From assembly GCF_001194135.2 (NCBI RefSeq), contig NC_068982.1, positions 104,526,361-104,568,706 on the forward strand: 42,346 bases of DNA, read 5' to 3'. Below, piece by piece: positions 10,599 through 22,309 of the stretch. This DNA is from Octopus bimaculoides. Taxonomy: Eukaryota. The position numbers and the translations under genes are program-made. Every line of letters starts with the position of its first letter. Positions within the stretch are counted from its first letter, which is position 1. Below the pieces are notes generated by a model. It worked only from the letters and a program-made list of their open reading frames with translations, did not search any database and was not told the origin of the DNA.

Positions 10599-13011
10599 AT
10601 TCAGCCAACACATTTACCGGTTTGCGCTAGTAGATCACCTGATCGAGAAAAATATCGGAATAATGGCACTAAGCAGGGTTTATGTATTATCATAATTTAG
10701 GTTAGTTGAAATATGTTTGTCACATATTTCAACTGCTAAAGGCATATAATTCATTATACATATTTACATACATACATATATATATACAAACCTTAGATCA
10801 CTTCAAATATTTTGGGGACATATTTCAACTGGTACAGGCAATTTCACTGCAGTTTATCATGGAGAAAAAAATTCTCACTTTAGGTAAAATGGTATAAAGA
10901 CACCATTGTCAACATATGCATACAAAAGCTTGAGTCTAAAGAAAGTAGTGATGTGTTGCATTGGGAAAAAGCTGTTAATAATGGATTTCTGTTCAACATA
11001 TTGGGCAGGGATCTACTTCAAACCAACACTTGTTATTAAAATCAAGAAATTAAAGTAAAATTAATATAATTCAATGTCAATGAACATGTGAATATTCAAG
11101 AAAAGTTTCTCCACAAGATGACTTTTGAAAATTTAGAACATGTGTTTTATAACTAGACATCCTTCCAAGTTTTCATTAGCCAATTATGAAATAACAGATA
11201 TCAGTTGAGAGAGATATCTAAACAATTTTATATATATTTCTTACTACAAAGGAACAATAAAAAAAGCAGTCTAAACAAAACTTTAATAATGCTATCAACT
11301 GGTCTATCACTTTAACCCCACATATCTGTAGCAGTCACTGTTAATCTTAAATTATAATAATACAGATATACTAAATAAACTATAGATATATGAATTCTAT
11401 TAACATGTATGGCTTTGTTTTTGATTTTTAAATATAATTATTAATGATTGATTACACACTATTAACTCCATCTGTTATACTGTTATATATGAACTATTTA
11501 TATGGTATATCCTCAACCTTCAAGTAACATATTTTAATACATACTCATATCATTGAATTACAATTCAACTTTCAAATTTTTATCCTAATAGGAATTAGAT
11601 TCACAGGAAATATTGCTGTGAGTAACAATAAGTTCAACTTTAGCCTTAAGCAATGTATATATGTAAATGTTTGTTACCTGAAAAAAAAATCAGAACCTGT
11701 CAATCAAAATATAATGGAAATAAAAAACAAAAATATCATGAGGCTAATATTTCAATAAATGCTTAATATTTTGACAACCTATGTAAGAAATATAGAAATG
11801 TAATTGGTAAAATAAATCTGCTATAGGTTAAGTTTCAACCTAAAATGTCATATATTCTTGTATCAACTTTTGCAAACTAATATTTAATACATGAACACAG
11901 TAATATGTCTGTTCCCAGATTGAATAAGCCACAATATATGAGAGTATCTTATATAAAATTTGTGACACAAACACATATAAACACATAAACAAGCATTAGA
12001 ATCTCTAGATTACACAAATGAAAGTGATAACCACTCCCAAACTTTCATTCTTAACTGGAATGCATTTTTATTAAGGATTTTTCCTTATGTTTTCTTTATT
12101 TACAGCTCTAGTTGCATTTTATCTTAATTCTTTTCATGTCCTTCAGTGAATCAACTATTTTATTGCATGGCTTCTTTCCAAGTAGACAGTTAAGAACAAT
12201 GAAAAATAAAATTTTATACTGTATCAGTTTTCTTGACATTCAAGCTTTTATTTTTCTTATTTACTCAAAAGTATTCTTCAACTGAATGAGTTGTGATATT
12301 TTAAACTGTTGGTAAGTATGTTGTTTTTTAAAGAGGTCAGTATCATAGAGAGATATCAGCTGTAGTGATAAAATTGCTGCTGTTGCAATAGAAGCCAAGC
12401 CTATCTTTTATCAAATCAATCATTACTGATTTTAACTGAAAACAAATATATTGCAGAAATAATTTCTAAAATATTGTACTTGAAAATAAGATAGTAAAGT
12501 CACTGTTGAATGATGGGTAAGTTGACACTAATCATCAGTGACCAAATTACATAGACCCATGTCAACTCTGATTGAGCAAAACCAATGGCATATAGTATGC
12601 AAGTAGTTAGTCAAACAGCTAAGTTGACCTTTTGATATGTTGTTTTAGTTTATCATTCCTCCACCTAACTGAAAACCAGTTGCATAATATGTGGTGATGA
12701 GTTATCCAGGGTGCAATGTGACTGTAGTTTATGCTGCTGTACTACTGACTAAAGTTCTACAGTTGTTATTGTACAAAGGACAAGGGCCCAAAACATTACA
12801 TTCTTCATTCCTCACAGTAATTGAACTCATGAAATGTTTCTAGAAACTCTCCTTTAGAATAATTGTTTCCAACATAAACCATCACCAATTTCTTGGGATT
12901 CTAGATTTTAGTTAATCGATATTCAGTTGTGCCTTTAGAAAACTCTAATTGCTTCAATTTATCTTTTTTTTTTTTCTATTATGTTTATGCATGGGAGTAT
13001 TGTCTGTCCAG

Positions 13012-13048
13012 TACATGAAGAATTACAAACATTTGTTAAACTGATGAG
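13012..13048 (+). CDS. Candidate exon (xHEELQTFVKLM, phase 1-2)
   Basis: Acceptor tgtctgtccag after a long T tract, donor GAG|gtaaat; only one frame is open. Confidence 0.5.
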
Positions 13049-13640
13049 GTAAATGCAATGTTTGAAAAGTTGGAGTTTATTATTATTTGATATGATAAGC
13101 CAGAAGGGAAATTGTCTTTAGAAAGAAATATTATGCAATATTTTATCTAAGCTTAGACTGAAAAGCATAATATGGTTATTGATAACTAGAGATTTAGATC
13201 CATTAGATGCTAACTATTGAGTTGAGTAATCCAAAGAGCATAAATATTCATTTTAAGTGCATCCTTTTTTAAAATATTGTTTTAAATAAAAGTGCATGGA
13301 TGCCATTTTACATTAATGTATATGATCAGTTTGCACAGAACTGATTGCTTACTGTTCTTAGGATGATATAAGACATCTTTCATTTATAATTTAAGAGCAT
13401 ACTTTTGAAAAATATTATTTCTAATACATTATCTCTGTCCAGAGTTTGAGGCTGAGAAAACTGCACTGGCAATTAATACTTCAAAGACAATCTCTAAATT
13501 TGAGAAGTCTAAAATACCAATTTAGAGAACTATCAAAGTCGACAAGTTTTTTTGTTGTTTTCTTTACCAACTTTGGTCAGATTATTTGGTTTTCTCAGAT
13601 GCTAGTTCTTTTAAATGTTAGTTCAGAATTTTGTCTCTAG

Positions 13641-13691
13641 GCTTCTGGATCAGTCTCAAATTGAGATTAGGAAAATGTTCCTATTGCAAAA
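13641..13691 (+). CDS. Candidate exon (RLLDQSQIEIRKMFLLQ, phase 2-2)
   Basis: Acceptor ttttgtctctag, moderate donor AAA|gtattt; continues the frame of 13012-13048. Confidence 0.45.
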
Positions 13692-14389
13692 GTATTTAAT
13701 GTTGCATACTTGTTTTCTAAATTTCATGTGATTTTAAAATGAATTTCTTATTATTTTAGTACATTTAATATTTCACTTCATCATTCTATTCAGATAAAAA
13801 ATAAAAAGTGTAAGCATAAAGCCTCAGTATAAAGTACATTTTAAAATGTCTTTAATTTTCTGTCAGTGTGTAACACAATCCACATGTAAGACAATAATTA
13901 TTTGCTACAAGTTGTTTCTTGCAGTATTACATGATATGTGCAACAGTCTGTAGTCAGTGACTGTTTTAAACTTGTGATGTTTAGTTGCATTCCTTCTGAG
14001 TTTGAATAATATTATATTATAAGCAACATTGGCTTGGTAGAAGCATTAGAGATCAGGCAAAACGCTTTAGTCATGTCATCCTACATCAAAGTACAAATCT
14101 CGCCAAGGTCAACTTTGTCTTGTTAGATAAAGTATCATTCATGGACTGATTTAGTATTATTAACTAACCCCTCCTCAAATTATTGGTCGCATTCCTATCG
14201 TAATCATCGTTATCATATGCTGTCAAAAATGTTGCAGTATACTATAAAATACTAACTTAATTCTCCCATCTACTCTTCTACTCTAAATAACAACTACATC
14301 AACAGATAGATTTTATGTTTCATTAACATAGATACAAACAGAACTCACTTCTGGATGGTGTACATACATACATGCATTCACTTTTTCAG

Positions 14390-14416
14390 TTGCAACAATG
14401 TATATGTTTTGATGAG
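14390..14416 (+). CDS. Candidate 27-nt microexon (xCNNVYVLM phase 2-2, or LQQCICFDE phase 0-0)
   Basis: Acceptor cactttttcag, donor GAG|gtacag; frame-preserving length. Confidence 0.35.
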
Positions 14417-14718
14417 GTACAGAGTTAAGTGCCTTGTCTACAATATCTGCAAAGAGACAAACTCAAGAGCCAAGTTTTATTAATCTATTCACCTATTGTT
14501 TATAACTGTTTTTTTTTTTTTGTTTCTTGTGTCTACAGCTGTCAACAACAGACTATTATACATCATAAATTTATCTTTAATTGTATTAATTTTTCTCTGA
14601 TATCTTTCATTCTTTAGAACAGAAAAGAAAAATATCAAATCAAATCTTTTACCACTTTTGTTTGCTGCCTTATCTGTTTTTAAATGGAAGAAAGGTTACT
14701 TTTAATATGTTTAGCATC

Positions 14719-14731
14719 ATTATTATTATTA

Positions 14732-14790
<59 letters not shown>
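14719..14790. repeat. (ATT)n microsatellite
   Basis: Long trinucleotide run. Confidence 0.95.
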
Positions 14791-14892
14791 GTAATTATCA
14801 TTTTCTTCTCTAAATCTGTTCATATTTTCTAAAAATGTTTATGTTGTATATATTTATTTCTATTTGAAATTGTCTTTGACTTTGTTTGCCAG

Positions 14893-14953
14893 GTTTTCTC
14901 CCTTATCCCGTGCAATTTTTCTGAAAATCAGGCTAAAGGCAAATGGGAGAAAA
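14893..14953 (+). CDS. Candidate exon, frame ambiguous (RFSPLSRAIFLKIRLKANGRK or VFSLIPCNFSENQAKGKWEK)
   Basis: Acceptor gactttgtttgccag, donor AAA|gtaagg. Read-through in the VFSL frame gives a possible terminal exon with a poly-Ala tract ending TGA at 15052-15054. Confidence 0.45.
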
Positions 14954-15212
14954 GTAAGGATGTCATTAATGCAGCATCTATTTCTGCTGCTACTGCTGCT
15001 GCTGCTGCTGTTACCGCTATTTCTGCTGCGGTGCATGTTAATATGTTGATATGATGAGCTGCTGCACGCAGTCTGTTAGTTGATTTACCATTCATGTGTG
15101 TAATTGTTGCTTGCCTTATCTTGCTTCACCAGATCTATATATGTAGACCTCGTAGCCACATGGATAACACCAAGCTTCCACTGTTGATAGTCAACCATCT
15201 GTTGTGTGTGTG

Positions 15213-15261
<49 letters not shown>

Positions 15262-15479
15262 TTATTCAGTTTAGTTTCTTATATTTGTGCATCATTTTTA
15301 TTTATATTTTGTTGACATTATTCACTCTCTCCTAGTTTTGGACATTCTTGTCACCTTACATCAAGTTTTTTTAGTTTCAAATCAGGATATTATAAAATAT
15401 ATATAATAGTAAGTAAACTGATATAACTAAACAAAATACTGAAGCCCACTTGACAAACTCATCTCTTTACTCCGCATAT

Positions 15480-16169
15480 CACCCATACTGTATCTGACCT
15501 TCAAGACCTCTTCAAGACAAACTTTTCCAGTCCTTCCTACAAAGATGCCATCTCCTCTGGAATTGCATCTGTCACTCTTCTTTTACATTGTGAGGAAGGT
15601 ACCCACCTAACCATCCTTGATTTTCTGTCCCTATTCTTTCTTTATTCATCTTGTACCATGAAGGTGTACCCTGCCATCTTATCTTCGCTATCCTTTCAGC
15701 CTTTCTTGCTAGGGCAACCACATATTTCCTCTACAGCAAGACATTTGTTTCTGTTACTCTGTCATATTTTAGCCTCTCAACAACTAGCACAAGTTCACAT
15801 CTCTCTATACTACATCTCCGCTTTGTCATGTGAGTTACTTGATGATTTCACTAGTGCTAGTACCATGAGAAGAGCACCCTGTACACACTGCAAAGTGGCT
15901 GGCATTAGGAATAGCATCCAGCCATAGAAACCATGCCAAAGGAAATATTGATGTGCAGTATAGTCCTCTGGCTTGATAAATCTTTTCAAACTGTCCACCC
16001 CATACCAGCATGGAATACAGATGTATGTATGTATGTATGTATGTATGTAGATACATGTGTGTGTGTATGTGAATGTATATGCATATATATGTGTTGGTAT
16101 ATATATATGTTTATATATGTGTGTATATATATGCCAGCATGGAAGGCAGATGTTAAACAATGATGATGA

Positions 16170-16172
<3 letters not shown>
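15480..16172 (+). mobile_element. RTE-type 3'UTR/tail copy ending in (GAT)n
   Basis: gcatccagccatagaaaccatgccaaa...ccataccagcatggaa...gttaaacaatgatgatgatg, shared with 24000-24200 and with the reverse copy at 16205-16830. Confidence 0.7.
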
Positions 16173-16204
<32 letters not shown>

Positions 16205-16208
<4 letters not shown>

Positions 16209-16830
16209 CATTCTCTTTCATCATCCATTTTCCATGGGTTGGGCAGTTTCACAGGATCTGAAAGTTTACAAGACTATGTCATATCTCCAGTGTTAGCTTT
16301 GACATGATTTCTACAACTGGATGCTCTTCTTTATACCAATGTCTTCAGAGTAAACTGGGCACTTTTTCTCACAGCAACTGCATGAGGTTACCATGTAGTT
16401 TACAAGACAAAGATCTCCTTTAACTGAGTAGAGCTGCAGTAGAGAGGGAAACATCTTTGTGTTCAGTGATGGAAGGTTAGAGTATGAATGGACCAGGACA
16501 TGTTATTTATTGTAGAGGAGGCACGTGGTTACTCATATTATACAAAAACAGGTGACAGTAATTGGTGTGGAGCTGGAAAAAGAGACAAAGATGGTGAGGA
16601 TGAGGTATCAGGGTGGGACCCAAGGGCAAAAGAACAGGTGAGTGGGTGGTTTGAGGCTGCTAGAGTCTATGGAAAGATTAAGAATGGTTAGTGATGAAGT
16701 AGGGGTGTGAATATACTAAATGATGATTAAGAGTTGAAGTAAAAGAAAGCTGATGATGGAGCAGAATGGAAGGTAACGGGCAGTAGATAGTGATTAGAGA
16801 TTGGGTAGGATACGGGAATGAATGAATGTA
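16205..16830 (-). mobile_element. RTE-type 3'UTR/tail copy, inverted relative to 15480-16172
   Basis: Reverse complement contains aagagcatccagttgtagaaatcatgtcaaag...cccaacccatggaaaatggatgatg and the body motif gtaaccacgtgcctcctctaca, matching gcaaccacatatttcctctaca near 15715. Confidence 0.65.
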
Positions 16831-16863
16831 TATGTATATATGTATGTGAATATATGTGTGTAG

Positions 16864-16903
<40 letters not shown>

Positions 16904-16983
16904 NNNNNNNNNNNNNNNNNNNNNNNNNNNNNNNNNNNNNNNNNNNNNNNNNNNNNNNNNNNNNNNNNNNNNNNNNNNNNNNN
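16904..16983. other. Assembly gap (80 N)
   Basis: N-run next to a (TA)n tract. Confidence 1.
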
Positions 16984-17354
16984 CATTTGACTGTGGCCAT
17001 GCTGGAGCACAGCATTTAGTCAAGCAAATCGACCCCAGGACTTATTCTTTGGAAGCCTAGTACTTATTCTATCAGTCTCTTTTGCCGAACTGCTAAGTTA
17101 CGGGGACATAAACACACCAGCATCGGTTGTCAAGCGATGTTGTGGAGACAAACACAGACACACAAACACACATACACATATATATACATATACATATATA
17201 CGACAGGCTTCTTTCAGTTTCCATCTACCAAATCCATTCACAAGGCTTTGGTCAGCCCGAGGCTATAGTAGAAGACACTTGTCCAAGGTGCTACACAGTG
17301 GGACTGAACCTGGAACCATGTGGTTGGTAAGCAAGCTACTTACCACACAGCCAC
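16984..17354 (-). mobile_element. Near full-length tRNA-derived SINE
   Basis: Minus-strand head gtggctgtgtggtaagtagcttgcttaccaaccacatggttccaggttcagtccc (A/B-box-like), conserved body, internal microsatellite, tail ...ccagcatggccacagtcaaatg. Confidence 0.9.
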
Positions 17355-17593
17355 ATACAAATTTTTTTGTATAAAACAAAAATAATCCAAGTTATAAGAA
17401 ATAATACTAGTTGATGGTTCATCTTTTATTTCAATATTTCTTATAACTTATATTGTTTTGGGTTTATAAAAGAAAAATTAAAAATATCTATATATGTCCG
17501 ACAATGCTTCATGCAAACTACACTACCCTAATATATATATATTAAAAATGGGGAAAGCTGGTTTATGGAATTACCTTAGGTTTCCCATCCATA

Positions 17594-18102
17594 AAGGGTT
17601 TAGCTTTATGGAGTATCGTCAAATCCCAAAACCTGTTGGCCCAAGGCCGCTTAAGTGTATGGAGGAGGAAATGCCTCACTACTCAAAGGTAACAATGAGG
17701 ATTATCTCCCTTGGATATTGGCTATTGAATTCCAGCTGTGCTGCCATCTTATGAGCTCCAAAAGGCTAGCAGGAATCTCCTGAAATGTAAACATGGCCCG
17801 AAAATCTCTGCACTGGAGTTAAGGATGTTTCTTGGTTTAAGGGAGTCCTTTAGGATTCCTGCCCATTCCACTATGCATAATTGTCCCACTGATGTAGGTG
17901 CCTGGGTTCTCAAGGACTTTGCATGTGATCAAGTATAGAATCCCATCATCTCTCATTTGCCATACATGGCTGGCTAATGTCAATAGCCAGTGACCAAGAG
18001 AGATAATTTCTGTTATTACCATTGAGTAGTGAGGCGTTTCCTTAAGAGGCCTTGGACCAACAGGTTTTGGGATCTGATGATACACCATAAAGCTAAACCC
18101 TT
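17594..18102. mobile_element. MITE (non-autonomous DNA transposon) with about 130-bp imperfect TIRs and TA flanks
   Basis: TA|aagggtttagctttatgg ... ccataaagctaaaccctt|TA. The ORF track shows mirrored peptides QIPKPVGPRPLK on both strands. No transposase ORF. Confidence 0.85.
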
Positions 18103-18120
18103 TATATATATAAATATTAT

Positions 18121-20960
18121 TTGTTTCAGCTCATAAACTGTGGCACCACCATTAATGTTGCTACAATTTTACTTATCCTCCTTCTTTAGTTGACATTTGG
18201 TGACTGAAGGAGTTTGAAGTTACTGCCCTCAGTTATGTTTCTTGTTGTGAATAGGCTTATCTAGGATTCTGGGAAGTAGATGTGGAGTTGCTTTCTGAAG
18301 ACTTCTACATCCACACTATCAAGATCTCTTAAGTCATTAGGTAGGATATTGAAAAGCTGTGGGTTTTTGAACCCTAAGCTATTGTGTACCTGGTTTTAAA
18401 TTGGATGACAAAATTGGATGATCTTTAGCACTATACAGTAGTGCCCTGTTCATGGATTAGTGTAGCTTTCATTGCCAAAGTGTAGTGCAAATCCTTGCAG
18501 GATTTTCCAGGCATATATTTCTGTAAATATTTTCTGTCTTTGTTCTCAGGAACTGAGTCATAATATTTTAGTTTCCCAGTAACTGATCTACTGCATTGAA
18601 GCAATAATCTTCATGTAGCAACATTGGATTGCTTCAAGTCCTATCATTAATTTTATAATATGTGATGATCACAATTCGGAACAGTAATCAAGATGACTGA
18701 GAACAAATGTCCTCCAGAGGACCATCAGGATTTTCTGCCCTCCTGCTCTAAAAGTTCTTAGAATCCAACCAGCCAGATGTCTACATTCCAATGCCAACTT
18801 AATGATATGCAAATGAAACAATTCACCACTACTCGCATTGATGCACAGATCATATAGGGATTGTAACTCTGAGACTGCAATCTCTCATGGTCCAGTCTAT
18901 TTTGCTTGCATTGCATTTAACTGTGTTGCTGTTAGTGGAGAGTTTGGAATTTTTCAAAATTGAATTTGCATGTTATTTTCTTCAGCCCACTTACATATAG
19001 CATTCAAGTCATGTTGCAGGGATGTAGCATTTACAGGGCTCTTTATCACCTGTGGTACTTCTGTATCATCTGCATAGCTAGTGGGGGTGGCTGTCTCTAT
19101 AGCTGAAGGCTTTCTGAGAGTGCCACTATTAACAGCAGTGACCCCAAAACAGTACTCTATGGAACTCTACTCACTATCATTGCCTATTACTGCCTGACTT
19201 CTATCTTTTAAAAAGTTGTGCAGCCACTCTCCCAGTTTTTCAACTATGCAGAGATCATGCCATTTTGTGACATGTCATTCCATGACAGACTTTATTGCAG
19301 GCTTTTGCATATCACATCCACACTTGAGTGGTTGAACTACTGTTTTAACAACTGGTCATTGTATTGTAAGAACTGTGTCAAACAGATTCTTCCTGTGTGA
19401 GTTAGGAAGTCATTTTTCTTTCTCGAGTAACATGATTAGTTTCCTTGTCAATTCATTCCATTTTACTACTTGTAGGGTCTGTGAGGTAGGCCTATAACTT
19501 TTAGCACCTACTCTGCTTTCACTTTTATGAATGGAGCATATTATGCCTTCCTTTAATATTTCTGGAAGCTTGCCAATTTTGAGGAAGCTCTGGAAGAGAG
19601 ACTGCAGCAGTTTTACCAGGGCTCATTTGTGAATTTTTAGAAGGATTGCTGGGAACCCATCAGAGCCAATAGCTGAGTTTAAGCTTATTTCATTATAATT
19701 GATCTTTGTTGCCTCCCTATGTACAGCTGTAGTGGCCAAGAACTTATCTAATTTACTCACTTGCATATACCCCAGAAGGGAGGTGAAAACACTTTTGAAA
19801 TGCTAATTCAAAATTTCATTTATCCTTTTGAGGTTTGTAGTTAGGAAACCATTTTCTTAGAGGGTGGCCCTACTTGCAGTGCACCGAGGCTGTTTCTTTA
19901 GCAAATTTAAAGAAAGATTCTTTTTCTGCTCTCATTTTTATAATAGTATTGCAGATTTTTCTCAATCTCTAGTATTTGTTTTAGAAAAGATTTTTCACTG
20001 CTTTTTGGCTGTTTATTTTGGCAGTTTGCAATCTTTGTTCTTCATTTCATAAGAACTTTTCTCTCTATGGGAATTTTGTTTTTGTGCAGGCTGGCTTTCC
20101 TCTCTGAGACAAATTTTATGCATATGGCTTGCATTACTAACACAAAATGTCTAAGTTTCATGTCAATATCAGGTATGGAGAGACATATATGCCAAATCTG
20201 TTTGAGGATCTCTTTCTGTATTAATTTCCAATTTGCTTTGTGGAAGTTCATCCTGGATAGTGTCTGTGGACTTTTTATAGGCTGCATGTCTGTGGCTTCC
20301 TCTGGCCCATACATTGTTGGGTCTACTATATTGGGATTCTAGACTTAGTGTCTGTGTAATTTTCACATTATGGATGAGTTCATTTGTGAACCAAAGATTC
20401 AAAATACCATTTGTCCTGGTTGGGTAAAATGCTACTTGCTCCATAAATAACAAGGTGAGGTTGCACATGAATTCTGCTTGCTTTTATTCATGCTGCTTCA
20501 TTCCTGAGATAAAGTGACCTTTATACCATCTGACATTGGATAGGTTGAAGTTTCTCATAAGAATACACTGATGTATTAATCCAGTTGGTTAGTATTTTTA
20601 TTTTTGTGAGGCAGTGCTATGCATAGAACTTGACTGCGTGCAACATCCCTCAGGTACGAATATTGATTTTGTTACTAATGCGTAACAAGCTCTTAACAAT
20701 CAACAGAAGAAACTATATGACCCCTGCACAAGTCTCAATGGTGGCCAACCTGGATCTGTTGTTTGTGGTGGCCAAGTGTGTTGATGGGTATGGCTCTGAT
20801 TTTGAATTTGAGATAACCAGATCAGCTTATGCACAATTTTTGCACCACACTCAAAAAAGACTGATGTTCAGTTGCTGCCTATCTTAACTAAATCTGAGTA
20901 GAATCAGTCCTTCAGCGTTGTGTTCACTACATATTTTCTTTTAGGAGCAGGTGGTGTACC
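18121..20960 (-). mobile_element. CR1-group LINE (endonuclease plus reverse transcriptase), heavily decayed
   Basis: Fragments PTRTNGILNLWFTN, MNFHKANWKLIQ, SYRP...VVKIMERIVRRKL, STVLGSLL...LASYADDT...LQHDLNAIYKWAEENNM; many stops and frameshifts. Confidence 0.85.
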
Positions 20961-20983
20961 ATGGATTTTCCTCTGATGACTCA

Positions 20984-21032
<49 letters not shown>

Positions 21033-22135
21033 AAACAGATTTGACTGCTACTGATAAGTTTATAGCTCCATGTTGATTATCATCATCCAGTTTGCTTCCA
21101 GTATAGTGGTTAAATTACTACTATATTTTGTAGTATTATCAATTATGAATTACGGTGCAGAGCAGATGTAGGAGGAATTAGGCTAAACACAAGTTTGTAT
21201 TATTAGATCCTACATATGTTTCACCATTGTGGTTGCTTGGAACCCTTGATGTTCCAAGTGCATGTGAATGCTTAACCAGAAAGGGTAGTTAGGGAACATT
21301 TTATTGCATTAAGTTATAGAACTAACATCAAGTGTTGGATAGATGGTGAGGCATTTTATAAGGATTTTGAAGGGAAATAGAAGGAAAGTAACTGGAAGAG
21401 AAAGTAAAAAAGACTAAGAAACAAGACGAAGAAGATTAAATGAGAGACCTAGTTGAGAGAAATAATTAAAGAGGAAACTAGGAAGAGGGAAAAAAGAAAA
21501 AAGAAAGAGAAGAAATAAAGAAGGAAGTAATTTGGACAACCATAACAGGGATGAACAAAAATATAAAAATGTGTACCAACATGATCATTTAAATGAAATG
21601 AATATATAAAAAGATACATCCAAGAGATAGAGAAAGAGGACGAGAGAAAGACAGGAATGCAGAGTGGGAAAGAGAGTAAGTGAGAGACAGAGAAATAGAT
21701 GTAAGAGATGATAAAAAATGGAATCCATTAACTGTGAGTTAATAACATATTGACTGAAACCAAAGAGATAGGAAAATGACAGTACATCTCTGGTTAAGCA
21801 TCCACTTGCTCTTCAGACACCCAATACAGGATTCCAGACAACCATAATGGTGAAAGGTATACAAAAGTAATAATGTAAACTTGTGTTTACCTTAATGATA
21901 TATATGTATGTATGTGTATATATATATATATATATATATGTTTTATTATTTCATTTAGCCATTGTGAGGCTAATAACCTGGTGTAATACTCAATATATGT
22001 ATGCTTCTGAGCAAAGCATTAGTCAAACGATTATTTTATAAGATACAGAAATAAATTTATTTCTCAAACGCATGATAATGCTATAAATAGCGTGATCAGG
22101 ATAAATTATCCTTATATTGCAGAAAAATACGTTAC

Positions 22136-22208
22136 TGGCCAGCCATGAGACTTGAACTCACATCTCTGTGATTACGCGTCAAGTGTTTTACCATTAAACT
22201 AAGCTGCC
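22136..22208 (-). pseudogene. tRNA-Thr(CGT)-like pseudogene or tRNA-derived repeat
   Basis: GGCAGCT-TA-GTTT-AATGGTA-AAAC-A-CTTGA-CGCGTAA-TCACA-GAGAT-GTGAG-TTCAAGT-CTCAT-GGCTGGC. A and B boxes, D and T arms are intact and T5 lies a few nt downstream, but the acceptor and anticodon stems have mismatches. Confidence 0.6.
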
Positions 22209-22309
22209 CAGCAATGAATTCTTTGTAGCAATTAACTACACCATTGCTACACACTAGAATATAGCAATGACCCAAGTTCTAGTTAGCAGAACTACATTTC
22301 CATCACATA

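Noticed and set aside
11660-11695. Minus-strand AG|GT juxtaposition (tttttttttcag|gtaaca) as a recursive splice site
   Set aside because: A single motif on the strand opposite the putative gene, expected by chance in T-rich DNA.
10851-12312. Extra exon candidates near 10851-10881 and 12147-12181, and the strong gtaagt donor near 12313
   Set aside because: Some fit the phases but need a weak donor (gtagac) or have stops in all frames; not supportable without RNA data.
17494-18088. Two similar ORFs on opposite strands (QIPKPVGPRPLK)
   Set aside because: They are the two TIR arms of the MITE, not genes.
20630-20887. 85-aa plus-strand ORF
   Set aside because: It is the antisense reading of the decayed CR1 element.
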